Source: the human T2T-CHM13v2.0 reference genome, Homo sapiens
Direction: 5' to 3' (one strand)
Assembly (NCBI RefSeq): GCF_009914755.1
Contig: NC_060926.1
DNA: 64,000 nt
Within the stretch, counting starts at the first letter, position 1. Each line of letters opens with the position of its first letter. The notes under the pieces are model-generated. The model was not told the DNA's origin. It searched no databases and saw only the letters and a program-made list of their open reading frames with translations. A program made the translations under genes and the position numbers. This document shows, in pieces, positions 16,711-42,799 of the stretch.

Positions 16711-17631
16711 TTAAAAATGTGGTCTGGCTTGCAAATACAGATTTGAATGATACTGACCTAGAAGTCAGGAGTTCTCAACCCTTTTTCCCAGCCACATGCT
16801 TATATGTTCCTGGAGATCCAGTTTACCTAACTAAATAATTTCAGTATGTTTTTTCTCATACTATGGTTACAATATGATGCAGAAATGGGGAAAGGAAGAG
16901 AGAGGCTGAGGTGATGATAAAAGATACAGTTTGTATGTTTTTGCCAGGAACCAGTTAGAACATTTATTCAACATTCTGCTTGGGCAAAACTGACCTCCTA
17001 TGGGCCTCTGACTGTTGTTTAACTTTACCATTCCTAATAAATGATAAAATCCAGGAGGGGCATGTCTCATCAAGTTCACCAGTGTATCTATGGCAGCAAG
17101 CACTGTGCAGGCACGCATATTACAAGCTTGATAAATTTAAATAGTATTTGTGAACACAAAGTCACCCTGTATCAAAGGACACAAAATTTGTAACTGTCTA
17201 TACTTCAGGAATATTGGTGGCCTAAAAATCTTTACCTTCTTTCTCCTCAACCATTTCTTTAATTTTTTTTTTTTTTATGAAAAGTTTTACTTAAGAGTCC
17301 ACACTGGAAAGAAGCCTTGACCATTTCTTTAGTTGAATCTCAGGCCAGTGGCCTCTGTAAAGCTTGCATGTTAATAAACAGCATGATAGTCTTTACTTGC
17401 ATCCCTTTGTTCCTCCCTAAATAAATGGCAAGAAAAGACAGTTCCAGGAGAGAAACAATACATGTTCCAAAACATGCTCAACTCTCCAACAGGTGGTAGG
17501 GCACTTACTGGATGAAAGTGCACAGTACTCACTGGCTCAGAGCACACAGTATGGCCTGTCCTACTACACTTCATTAGCTGAGAGGGTGTGACAGCCTCAG
17601 TGTACAGGGAAAATTTTATAAACAGTGTACT

Positions 17632-19744
<2,113 letters not shown>

Positions 19745-21858
19745 TGATGAGAAAGAAAAATGATACACCCACAATCCTGTTGCTAACTAGTAATACTGCA
19801 AATATTGAACCTGGGCCTCCTGGCTCTTTCCACTAAACCCTTGACTGTTGAACCTGGAGGAATCTGCGGAGTACCCTAGTGTACGGAGTGGATGCCCATG
19901 GACCATATCTACTTATATAGTGGGCTTCCATATAAAACTTGGCTTGAAGTATGTTGTCATACTATTTAATAAACATCTATCTCATGTCATAAATACAACT
20001 ACAGTCCTATAAATCTTTACAATTTGAAAAGGGAAAATCATCATTGGTTACACAAAGGATCCCAATGTTTATAAGTTATATAAAATTATATTCAAAATCT
20101 GATATAAATCTCAAATGTTAGAGAAGATAATAAATGTTAAAATGAAAGTATTTCATCAATAATTCGAATTACCTTTTAAAAATATCACAGGCCTTTGAAG
20201 AAGGGGTCTAGACATTCGAAAAGATGTTTTAGAAAGTATTCAAGAAAGTATGATTAAGTTTTTTTTGTAAAGTTCACTGTTTTTCAAAGAAACCCATGTA
20301 TATAATTCTTCACTAATATAGCTCCATTTCCAGCTGCTCTTCAATTTACACTTTATGCTAATGCAATCTGAACTATTCGCAGTTTGCTAAAACACGGCAT
20401 GCAGTTTCGCTCACACTGTTCCCCATGCCTGTCATTCATTCTCTCAAGTTTTTTTATCTGCCTATTTGGCTTTTTTTTTTTTTTCAACTTGTTTTCTTTG
20501 TCCTTTTCTTCTTCTAAGCTATTTGAATTTCAAAACCCAGATTACACCCCATTTAGGAAGACTTTCTTGTTTCTTATCTCTAAGGCAGAATTAATCTCAT
20601 TCATTTAACTGATTTGTTGAATCTATTAAATACTAGACCCTCTGTTAGGTATTGGATATACAGATATGAATCAAATATAATCCCTGCTTGCATGGTCCTT
20701 ATACTCTTACTGGGTTAATCCCTATACTATATACCACATTTCTGTTATTGGGTTTATCATGTTGACTTATAATTACATGTTCCCTTGTCTGTTTCCTTTT
20801 TTGGATAGTGATGTTCCAACTGGGCAGGGCTTTATGTACTTATAATTTTCTCCTTGCTTTTCACTCTAAACCCCTGACATTCAGGGGATACTCAAGGCTT
20901 CTGTGTTATAGAGGTGAGGGGAATAAAATATTTCTTTCTTGGAATTAAAATTGAAAAGGTGTGATGGTAAGACTAGAGAGTCTGTTTGGTTGTTTGGTTG
21001 ATTTCAGGAGCATAAGCCTTTAAAGCAGAAACCATTCACAACACAAAAGCAGTTAGAACTAAAACAGATGTTAATTATGTAGAGTTGTATATAGCCACAA
21101 TGCAATGAAAATGCAATGGTTAAAGACAACAACGTGATACTGCTTATAATTCTAGCACATATAATTCAAATGTTAAGTTTGGCACTTTGTATAAGCAAAA
21201 TTTTGGAAATTCATATTCAGTTTTATTTATTGATGGTTACTAATATCCAAATAAGAACTATTAAATAAATCAAACAAAGAATTAGCTTAAACAGAAAATA
21301 ACACGTGATGCCAACTGCACTTCTAAGCTTCTAGACATTAACCATTTTCACATCTTAAAATCTGTCAAATGGGAATCACAAAACTCATCCATGTATTTAA
21401 GAGATCAATAAATTGTTTTACCCCCTTAAAAACAAAAATAAAACTTAAAAACTCTAACTGAAAAACAAAGGCAATGGTCCATACTTAAAACGCAAGCAGA
21501 GTACCAACTCCTAAAAATACACAGGCTGTTCTTTATTCTTTCAAGAAGATGCTGTTAGGATATTTCTTTAAAGAGCAAACAGAAGTAGTATTATATTTCA
21601 CATGTAGGCAGAATAAACACACTTCTATTCCATGAGATAGTGTTACAGCCAAAGTGCTCCATTCCATCATAAATGGTATTCAGAGACATTTAATAGATCA
21701 AATGATCCAAGTTATTTAACTCTATACAGAATAGGTTACCCTGTCAAATCTTACGGCAGTCTTCAGAAGCCATGTACAGCTGATTCAGAGTTGCATGTGT
21801 GTTTATGAGCAATTATAAATAAGCATTTCAAATTGGGACTAAACTATGTGGGTTTTCC

Positions 21859-21910
21859 CGGTTTTGCCATTTAATGGCAAAACATCAATTACTTTTGCAC
21901 CAACCTAATA
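21859..21910. mobile_element. MADE1 (Hsmar1 MITE), left arm truncated
   Basis: gttttgccatttaatggcaaaacatcaattacttttgcaccaacctaata: intact right TIR plus TA. Confidence 0.9.
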
Positions 21911-22603
21911 GTTTTCAAAAAACATTACATTTTATACTTATGTTTACTGACACAGAAAATTTCATATACTTCTTTATATTTTCTTAAAGTAATTTAAGTA
22001 CAATTAATGCAAATACTTTACTAAATAATTAACAACAGCCTTAATAAGAATTTTATAGTAACTGTTCTTTTAAGGAGTAATCACTATATTCAATTAAAGA
22101 TGAAAACTCTTGAATTATAAACCTTCCTTAAGGACTACTTGATTCTATCTTGACAGTTCATTTTGTCTCTAGTAAGTTCCAGCAGATTCTGAAGCAACTT
22201 TATTGGCTATTATTGCCAGGTTTTGTGGAGTCTGAAAAGGCAAAGGGATTTAGGTGTATATCGATTCCTAGTTGTTTGATACATGAGTTCTCCAAGTGTA
22301 TTCAAGAACCCCTTGGGTAAACTGCCAGAAAATACTCTGTTGAATTCTGATGAATCTTTCATATCCCTTGCTAGCTAATGGCTTTCTGGAGAATTGGAAA
22401 AGCTTCTAAATTATGCTCTGTCATGTCTTGAGCTCAGATCTGTTACTTTTATTTAAAAATATAAAGACAGAATTTGAGATAAAACGTAATAAAGATCGGA
22501 ATAATCAAATCTCTTTCTTAGTGTTACAATTCTTTAGTCAATGTTTGATGCTTTAGGTGCTTATCACTCTGAGGTTAAAAAACAAGGCAAAAATCTTTCA
22601 TCA

Positions 22604-23453
<850 letters not shown>

Positions 23454-23479
23454 GGAACAGAGACTAAGAACAAAATGAT

Positions 23480-23960
23480 GTGTTGGGGAAACTAAGTTGG
23501 ACCATGGACCAAAAAGTACATGTAGGGAGACTGGAAGGCGCAGGTTGTATATCATGCTAAGGAGTTGGGAAGTGATCAGGGTAGCAGAAAATAATTGTAA
23601 GGTTTTAAGTGAGACACGGACATCATTGGACTGTTTGCTGAAGTCAAAAATGTCAGTATGAAGGATGGGTTAACAGAGATGAGGTTGAAGGAAGCAAAAC
23701 TAGTTGGAATGATGCCACAGGCTCCATAAGAAGAGAGATTGAAGACCTGGACCGAGGCACAAACAGTGGGAGGTGGGAAAGAAGGGCCTGTTAAGGTAGA
23801 AGGAGGTAGGCTTGGATAACTATTTTTTTGGGTGGTGGGGGCAGCAACAAGAGTGAACCACCAACTTAGGACAGGAAATACTAGAAGACAATATTTTCCA
23901 GGAAAGATAAGAAATTCAAGTTTGACATATGAATTTAAGGTTCTTGTATTACATCTAGGG
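23480..23960. mobile_element. L2 fragment
   Basis: Purine-rich L2-type text (gtatcatgctaaggagttggga..., aagaaattcaagtttgacatatgaatttaagg). Confidence 0.6.
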
Positions 23961-24259
23961 AAACAAACCTGAAATTCTTTTTTTATCAAGTGGCTCCTAA
24001 ATTTTTTCAGCCTTTTTTTCTCCTCTAAAAGAAGGAAAGAAATAAAGAAAAGCAACAGTTAATAAATAAAAAACAAACTTGAAAGTCACGTGTGGTGGTT
24101 GACGCCTATAATCCCATCTACTTGGGAGGCTGAAACAGGAGGATTACCTGAGTCTAGGAGTCCGAGAAGTCTAGGAGTCCGAGACCAGCCTGGACAAAAC
24201 AGACAGACTCCATCTCAAAATATTATAATAAATTTTTTAAATTAAAAAAATAAAAAACA

Positions 24260-28454
<4,195 letters not shown>

Positions 28455-28503
28455 TTAACCTGTATGTTAGGTACATACATGTTCATTTCATTATTATTTA
28501 AAC

Positions 28504-29116
28504 CAGCAGTCTCCAACCTTCTTGGCATGAGGGACTGGTTTTGTGGAAGACAATTTTTCCACAGACTAGGAGGAGGTGGGTGGGGAAGCATGCCTAAAGT
28601 CAGTGGTCCCCAACCTTTTTGGCACCAGGACCAGTTCTAGGCAAGACAACTTTTCCACAGACTCGGGTGGGGAGGATGGTTTCGGGATGATTCAAGTGCA
28701 TTACATTTATTGTTTACTTTATTTCTATTATTACATTGTAATATATAATAAAATAATTATACAACTCACCATAATGTACAATCAATGGGAGCCCTGTGCT
28801 TGTTTTTCTGCAACTAGATGGTCCCATATGGGGGGGAATGGGAGACAGTGACAGATCATCAGGCATTAGATTCTCATAAGGAGTACGCAACCTAGATGCC
28901 TCACATGCACAGTTCACAACAGGCTCCTGAGAATCTGATGCCTCCACTGATCTGAAAAGAGGCGGAGTTTTGGCGGTAATGCGAATGATGGTGAGTGGCT
29001 GTAAATACAGATGAAGCTTTGCTCACTCACCCACTGCTCACCTCCTGCTGTGCGGCCTGGTTCCTAACAGGCCATGGACCAGTATCAGTCTGTAGCCTGG
29101 GGGTTGGGGACCCCTG
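28504..29116. mobile_element. Composite MER1: short MER1 end (28504 to about 28585) plus MER1A (28601-29116)
   Basis: Two tandem left ends, one right end (ggggttggggacccctg), 8-bp TSD atttaaac at 28496-28503 / 29117-29124. Confidence 0.85.
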
Positions 29117-29437
29117 ATTTAAACTGAACATTTAAACTGAGGTTATATGTACTCTTTTCAATGTATATTTCAAAGCTTTAAGAAATTAAAATAATATTTT
29201 TCTAGTTTTGAAAGTCTTAAGTATTTTCTTCAATGAATGTTACAAAACATAAACAGTATATCACTTTTTAAAGTAAACAAAAATACTCCTATTTTTAATT
29301 TGGATGCTGAGTATTGAGAAAAACAAATAAATTGATACAACTATAAACGCGGTCCTGGTATTTAGGCATATGAGATTTTACAAGTTTTTAACTGCAATTT
29401 TTTTTTTTGCACTGATAGCCTAGCAATACCCAAATTA

Positions 29438-30469
<1,032 letters not shown>

Positions 30470-30542
30470 AAAGAATGTTCATAGTTATTAAATTAATAAA
30501 TATTGGTAAATATTTTTATAAAAACTTGCTTATTCAACCTTT

Positions 30543-30841
30543 TTTGGTAAAACCAATTTTTAAAAAAAATTTTGTGGGTACATAGGTGCATATATTTATG
30601 GGGTACATAAGATACTTGATACAGATATGTAATGCATAATAGTTACGTCATGGTAAATGGGGTATCCATTCCCTCAAGCATTTACCCTTTGTGTTACAAA
30701 CAATCCAATTATACTTTCAGTTATTTAAAAATGTACAATTAAATTATTACTGACTAGTCACCCTGTTGTGCTATCAAATACTAGGTCTTATTCATTCTAA
30801 TTACTTTTTGTACCCAGTAGCCATCCCCACATCCCCGCTAC
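30543..30841 (-). mobile_element. 5'-truncated L1MA 3' end
   Basis: L1MA 3'UTR text; 22-bp degenerate TSD at 30521-30542 / 30842-30863 (3 mismatches). Confidence 0.85.
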
Positions 30842-31234
30842 AAAACTTGCCTGTTCAATCTTTAAGACTAATTGGAAATAGTAAATAGTTAATTATTAAT
30901 ATTTAATTCATAAGAGTTTTTTGGTGGATTTTGTTTTTAGATGGGTTCACATATGCTAAGCAGTATAGTAGGCATCTGGGAAAAGCAGAATAAGACAAAG
31001 TTCCAGTCCTCACAGAACTTACATCACTTGCTCTATTGTTAGCTTTGTGGTACTGCATCTTTTCCTTTTCCTCTACATTTCTGGCAAAAAAAACCAAAAA
31101 ACTGGATCTATGTTAATGAAAGAATAAAGAGAAACAGAGAAAAACCCCAGAGGTATCTTACGGTAAATTTTACTTTAAATTTATTAGAGTACAGGTTGAA
31201 ATCTAGCTAGGTCTGAGGCTCAAAAAAGAGCTTA

Positions 31235-31339
31235 GTGCTCGCTTTGGCAGCACGTATACTGAAAACGAAACGATACAGAGATGAGGATGGCTCCTGCGCA
31301 AGGATGACATGTATATTTGTGAAGCGTTCCATTACTTTT
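31235..31339 (+). pseudogene. U6 snRNA retro-pseudogene (RNU6 family)
   Basis: gtgctcgctttggcagcac...gatacagaga...cctgcgcaaggatgac...gtgaagcgttccat matches near-full-length U6 with substitutions; flanked by imperfect TSD aaaaaagagctta (31222-31234) / aaaaaagagagctta (31354-31368). Confidence 0.95.
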
Positions 31340-31411
31340 ATTTTAATTTTTTTAAAAAAGAGAGCTTAAGGCCGAAAACATGGATCTGGAATTCAACCAA
31401 TCACCTACAGG

Positions 31412-31858
31412 TGTCAAGGTCAAAATAAAAATGTAGATGCAAACCTCTAAATTTAACGTTTTATTTGGGAAGAAAGAATTGTACTTTGGGGCATACACGT
31501 AGACTGGGTGGTCTTCAGTATGTCCAAACAACAAAGATATGGTTGGGGGTTTTATAAAGAAGAGGAAATGTTATATGTGGTCTTGATAGAAAGTTTATCG
31601 GTATTAGTAAGGCTTTGGGGAGCTGGCAAACTCCAGTTGGTGAGCAAAATTAGTCCCAGAGTTGTAGCAAGTTATCTCAGCAGACGTAGATAAAATTGGT
31701 TTTTGTTTATATAAATAGGCAGTTCTAGCTGCTGGACTTGCAGAGAATTACATTTCTAGAGCAATGTTACAGACCCTGAATGCTTTTTCCCCTTGGCCCC
31801 TCTACTGATTTAGTTGGGTATGACAAAAATGACCCAATTCGGATGATTAACTTTCACA
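31412..31858 (-). mobile_element. Solo ERV1-class LTR (MER4-group like), 447 bp
   Basis: TG...CA termini, 4-bp TSD cagg (31408-31411 / 31859-31862), minus-strand TATAAA (31551-31556) then AATAAA (31460-31465). Confidence 0.8.
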
Positions 31859-32493
31859 CAGGTAATAGAAATAGTACAAGTAGATAAAAATCTCCCAGTC
31901 CAAGGTGGACAGGAGCAATTTAAAGCAGAATGGAATCTAGTGAAGCACCTACATCCAAGCAGCAAGCAGATGAAGATGAGGCAAAAGAATCAGGAAATGG
32001 TGGTTAGGGTATATTCTTAAGGAAGTCAGGAGAAGTAATATACAAAAACCAGTCTCCAGGAGCTTCAAATGTTGCAAAACGCAAACAGAATATTTTTAAA
32101 AGAACAATTAATGTAGCAATAGCACATAATTAGTGGCCTTTGGAGAAGAATATGAATAGAGTAGCTGGAGCAAAACCCAAATTATAAGCAGTTGAGGAGT
32201 AGATGGGAGGAGAAAGATGGGAAGAGGGATCCTCAATATAGACTGTTCTTGGAAAAAGTTATTCTCATACCTTACAAGTAGAAATGCTAACTGATAAGAC
32301 TTTTTGAAAAGTAATCTGGCAACCACTATCAAAATTAAAATATATCCTTTGCCCAGAAAATCCACTTTTGGGAATTTATCCTGTAAAAATAAAAGGATAT
32401 ACATACAAAGATTTTATTGCATGGTGGCAAAAAACAAAAATAATGTAAATGACCACCAGTAAGGGAATGGTTGGATACACTGTGGAATATGAT

Positions 32494-32871
32494 TGTTATG
32501 GGCTGAATAGTGTCCCTCCAAAATTCATATGAAGCCCTAAGCCCCAGCACCTCAGAATGTGAATGTATTTTGAGATAAAGTCTTTAAAGAGGTAATTAAG
32601 TTAAAATGAGGTCATTAGGGTAGGCCTGAATCCAATCCAAGACTGGTATCCTTAATAAGAGGAGAAAATTTGAACACAGAAGACAGACCACGTGAAGAAA
32701 CAGGGAGAAGACAGCCATCTATAAGCCAAGGAGAGAGACCTCAGAAAAAAACAACCCACCAACATCTTCATCTTGGGCTTCTAGCCTCCAAAACTATGAG
32801 AAAACTAATTTCTGTTGTTTAAGCCACTTAGTCTGTGGTACTTATTATGGCACCCCTAGCAAACTAATACA
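32494..32871 (+). mobile_element. MLT1B-like MaLR solo LTR inside an old L1M fragment
   Basis: tgttatgggctgaatagtgtccctccaaaattcat ... tgttgtttaagccac ... ctagcaaactaataca. Confidence 0.88.
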
Positions 32872-33689
32872 ACTATATATGTAGCCATTAAAAAGAACAT
32901 ATTAGAGCTATTAAGTGAGGTATTCTTAAGTGAAAAAAGAAGGTATTCTTAAGTGAGAAAACTCATTAAAAAATGTAAAATACATAGAATTCTCAAAAAA
33001 ACCACATATACATATATACACGTGTATGTGTAATTATAAATTAAGTATATATTTATACACGAGCAGGACAGCATGGAGAAAAATATGGAAGAATATAACC
33101 TTTGTTGTCAACATGGGTTATAAATGGTCCTGGGCAAGGCAGGGATGTGAAGAGAAGAGAAGAAAAAGGGGGAAAGAATGAATCATTCCTCCCCCAAAGC
33201 TCTACTAAAAATTACTCATATTTGTGCACATTTATAACATTTATGTCTATGTGTATATAAAATAAAATATAAATTTAATTAAAAATTTTCATTGGTATGT
33301 GGTTTACGCCAGTGTATATATTAGCCATGGGAAAGACATATTTAAAGTCCTTTCCCACAGAAAATAACTATACACATCAAATTCCAAACATGTGTCAAGT
33401 GCTAAATTCATATCATTTTTCATGTGTTTTGCTTTAAAAACAGTATGACCTTCCTAAACAACTTTTTAAAAATATTACTATGTGATAACAGAGTTCCCAC
33501 CAATAAAGCAAGGAACTGACTCAAGAAAAGAGTCTCTGATGATTTTTTAGTTCCTCTTCAACTATGCTCTTTATCTTCCAAAAGTGGCATGTATCCCTTT
33601 ATCAATGATGTCCTGACACAGATGGGGCGCTTTATCAAATTCCCAGTGTTTTCTCTGCTAGTGTTCCCATCTATCCTATCCTATTTTTA

Positions 33690-36620
<2,931 letters not shown>

Positions 36621-36819
36621 AAGTGCTTTAAAATGTGGTAGAATGCTAAATAATTATTAGTAGTCATTATTCACATTACCACATGAAGTAATGTGTAAAT
36701 ATTAACAGCTGAATTAAACATAAAAATCTAGATGAAGATTATACTTTAATTCATCAATCGGATAAATTTCTCTTTAAAGATAATACCAACAAAATCCAGT
36801 TTACCCCACTTTCCATTAG

Positions 36820-37149
<330 letters not shown>

Positions 37150-37284
37150 TCAGTGGTTCTTAAACCATGCATAACAATAAACTGAAAAGCTTTTTTCTTT
37201 TTTTTTAAACGCAGGATTCTGGGCCCGACCACTAGAAATTCTACTTTAGTATGCCTGAGATGGAGCGAAGGAAGTGACTTTTTT

Positions 37285-38035
37285 TTTCAACTGTGGTAAA
37301 ATACACACAACACAAAATTTACCATTTAACCATTTCTACATGCATAATTCAGTGACATTGTTGTGCAACCATCACCATTATCCATCTCCAGAACTTTTTC
37401 ATCATCTCGGCCTGGAACTCTGCACCTGTTAAACAATAACTCCCCAATTCCTCCTCCCTGCAGGCTCTGGAACCTACCATTCTACTTTCTGTCTCTATGA
37501 ATTGAACTATTCTAGGTATCTCAGAAGTGAAATCATATAGTATTTGTCCTTTTATTTTTGGCTTCTTTCACTTAGTAAAATATTTTCAAGATTCGCCCAT
37601 GCTGCAGCATCAGAATTCTATTCCTTTCTAGGGCTGAATAGTATTCTATTACATGCATGTATATACTACATTTATCTATTCATCTGGTAACTGACATGTG
37701 GTTAGTTTCTACCTTTTGGCTATTGTGAAAAGTGCTGCCTATAAACACTGGTGTACAAATATCTGTTCAAATCCCTGCTTTCAATAGCTAGAAGTGGAAC
37801 TACTAGATCATATAGTAATTCTATATTTAGTTTTTTGATGAACTGCCATACTGTTTTTTACAGAAGCTATACCATTTTAGATTCCCACCAGCAATGCACA
37901 GTTTCCAATTTCTTTACATCCATATGGCTGTCCTTTGGTTTTCATTTTTGGTTTTTTATTTTAAATAATAGCCACCCTAATTGGTATGAAGTGGTATCTC
38001 ACTGTGGTTTTCATTCCCATTTCGCTAATGATGAG
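37285..38035 (-). mobile_element. L1MB-type 3' fragment
   Basis: Typical antisense L1M 3'UTR (ttgtgcaaccatcacc...ctactttctgtctctatgaatt...gtggtatctcactgtggtttt). Confidence 0.85.
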
Positions 38036-38204
38036 TGTGCCTTTACAAAACAAAACAAAACACCTCTCGTGATACTGACAGAGTGGCCAGTTAAGAGATC
38101 ATATTCTTCATAAAACACTGATCCAATATTAGGCAGCCCTCAAAATAGGGAAGAAACGAGCAAGAAAGTTGACTCATAAAGTAGTGTTCAAAAGTAGCCA
38201 ACCT

Positions 38205-40130
<1,926 letters not shown>

Positions 40131-40749
40131 GAGCATTTGGTATTTTTATCAACCTCTCAGGTGGGACCAACACTGCTGGTCTGAGGAATGTCCTTTGTGC
40201 AGTGAGAGTGTACACATCTGTTTATTTGCTGGATTTTTACCTCCTTGAGGGTAGTGAGCATGTCTTACCTTTGTACCCTAGTTCCTGGTACTTAAGCAGC
40301 TCAAGTACTACACTATGAATAAGTGAATGAAATTACATAATGCAGCGTGTTCAACTTTTGATGTTTCACCTGTGAATCCAAATGAAAAATTCAACTTTCC
40401 CATAGGTATAAATAATCGTCTATAAGCCCCTTAACTCTTTTCCAACTCCTTTTTTCTACTGTTTTAGCTCAGGAAAGCCTCACCTCATTCATGAACAAAA
40501 AAATGAACTTAAACATAACGGGATCACTCCTATTGGCATATAAAAGAACTCGAAAAAAAAAAAAAAGTTTTCCTTGTCCTCACATCCCCCAGTGTTCACC
40601 ACATTCTTTGCCTTTCAGAGGCAGATTCCTCAAAAGGATCTCCACAGTCACCTTTTCTATACCAGCCCCCCAGGCTTCTCCACCCAGGGCTGTCATGGTC
40701 ACCAGGGGATGCCATTCTATAATACGGCCAGGACTAAATCCCTGCCCGC

Positions 40750-41650
40750 ATCTCATCTGACCTCTTGGCAGTATGACAGTTGACCACTTCCACTTTCTTG
40801 CCACTCCTTCTTCATTTAACTTCCAAGTCACCATTCTCTCCTAATGGTTTACTCCAATGGACACAACATAGCCCAATTATGATCATTTCTCACCACCTAC
40901 ACTACTAGTTCATACTGCCATCACCTCTTTCTTCTAAAATAGTCACTTTGCTTCATTATTACGCCCACAAAAGTCTGTTTTTCTTCACAAATTGACCATA
41001 AATTTTTAACTTAAGTTTATGTCACTCCTTCGCCTAAAATCCTTGAGTGTTCTACTATCACTAGTGCTAAAGCCCTACATGAAGTGGTCCCTGTCTCTGT
41101 CTCCAAACGTAATTTTTCTCACTCTTCTTCACATATGCTATACTCTAGTCATACTGGTTTTTTTTCTTTTTTCTTTTTGGAGACAGGGTCTCACTCTTTC
41201 ACCCAGGCTGGAGTGTAGTGGGAGGATCATGGCTCACTGCACATACTGCTTGTCTTGATGTTTCTTGCACACCCCAAGCTTGTCTTGCTTCAAGATCTTA
41301 CACTAACTACCCTCTTCTAGGGTGCTCCTCCACCAGATTTTTTGCATTATTGGCTGCTTCTGAACATTCTGGTCTCTTCTCAAATGTCACCTCCTCAGAG
41401 AGGCTGTCCTCGACCATTATTTTTAAGAGTATCCCCTGCTCTCCTGCCTCTCAGACCCTACTTATCACAACCTCCTTTATTTTCTTTATTTTACTTACTG
41501 TTATCTAAAACTACAGTATTTCTTTGTCTGTTTATTTGTCTGCTTTCTCCTACCAGAATGTAAGAGACTTTGTCTCATCACCCGATTTCTCCTGGTATCT
41601 AGAACACTGCTTGGCATTTCTGTTGGTGGGTTGAATGAATAAATGAAATG
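40750..41650. mobile_element. L2 fragments plus short Alu piece (about 41160-41240)
   Basis: ctcaaatgtcacctcctcagagaggc ... tagaacactgcttggca ... gttgaatgaataaatgaa is L2 3' end. Confidence 0.7.
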
Positions 41651-42799
41651 ATTAAAAACCAAAACACACTAAATAAATTTATAATTCAAGAAAAAGCAAC
41701 TTGAAATTTTACAAAACTAAAAGAAATCTGAAAGCGTGATATGAAATAAAATATCTTCAAAGCAAGACAAATTTAAATCCACTTGAAAGCTCTAAATTAG
41801 TTGTAAAAATAGTCTCTCCAAACTAGGCATTTGAGAAAAACTTCATAATACTTAAATTCCCAAATTAAAAGTTTAAAATGAAAATGACAATTTACTTCTA
41901 AATATCAAAGTGCTACAATGTTAACTTCAGAAATTTAATGAGGCAATATTACTTCTTTGGTAAACTGTGACTCTTAAAAAGCCACGTTAAGCATATACAA
42001 AGATGTCAAAAAATCAGTTATTAATACTACAGAAATACTTTTTTAAATAAATGCATTTTTTAAACTAACATGATTTAACAAAAGGATCTCTAACCTTCCA
42101 ATGATCTTGAAAGATAGGCACTATTTTCCCCTACACATATAATGAAGATATACAGGCCATTCTTCCGTATGTGAATAATTAAGACCTGGGTTAGAATCTT
42201 TCCTATTTCTATCATATTTTCCTGAAATGCATGATCATCTATGTGGTTAGTTCTTAGTAAACTACAGTAGTAAACAACTTCTAGTGTTATTGCAATGAGG
42301 CACATTTGTGTACTCTATAGCAAAGTACTGGCAATCCAAATGACTTGGTACCACTTACACTTTCACTTCCACCAAGACATAAGAGGGTCAGAGTCCGACA
42401 TAAAGGTGTTGAGTCTTTCTGATTACAATGCCATTGCCAAGTATATAAGCAGTTCTGTTCAGAGATAATTTTCACACTCAACAAATATATTCTGGTAGGT
42501 CTTCACTAAATTAAGATTATTTAACACAATATCTAATCTATTTGTTAAGAAATGAGAGGGAATGACAAGCACAGAAGCCCAGAGACACGAGATTGTTTAG
42601 AGGAGCAAACAGCAAGGAGACCAGTGTGACTACAGCAGAGTCAGCAGAGCCAGCAGACCTGGAGATGAGATCAGAGAGATAGTAGGAGGCCAGATCACTT
42701 AACGACTTTGACTTTTGAATGTGATGGAGTGGCAATCATGGAAAGCCAAATGGAAGGCCTTTCCAGTCTCTTTAAAAGGATACATTGCTACTTTTACTG

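Noticed and set aside
23576-24055. 159-aa non-Alu ORF
   Set aside because: Non-ATG start, low-complexity composition, overlaps a degraded L2-like stretch, no recognisable domain.
32911-32959. Tandem aggtattcttaagtga duplication and similar short repeats (about 8272-8290, 27071-27099)
   Set aside because: Ordinary slippage-scale duplications; no array structure, not CRISPR-like.
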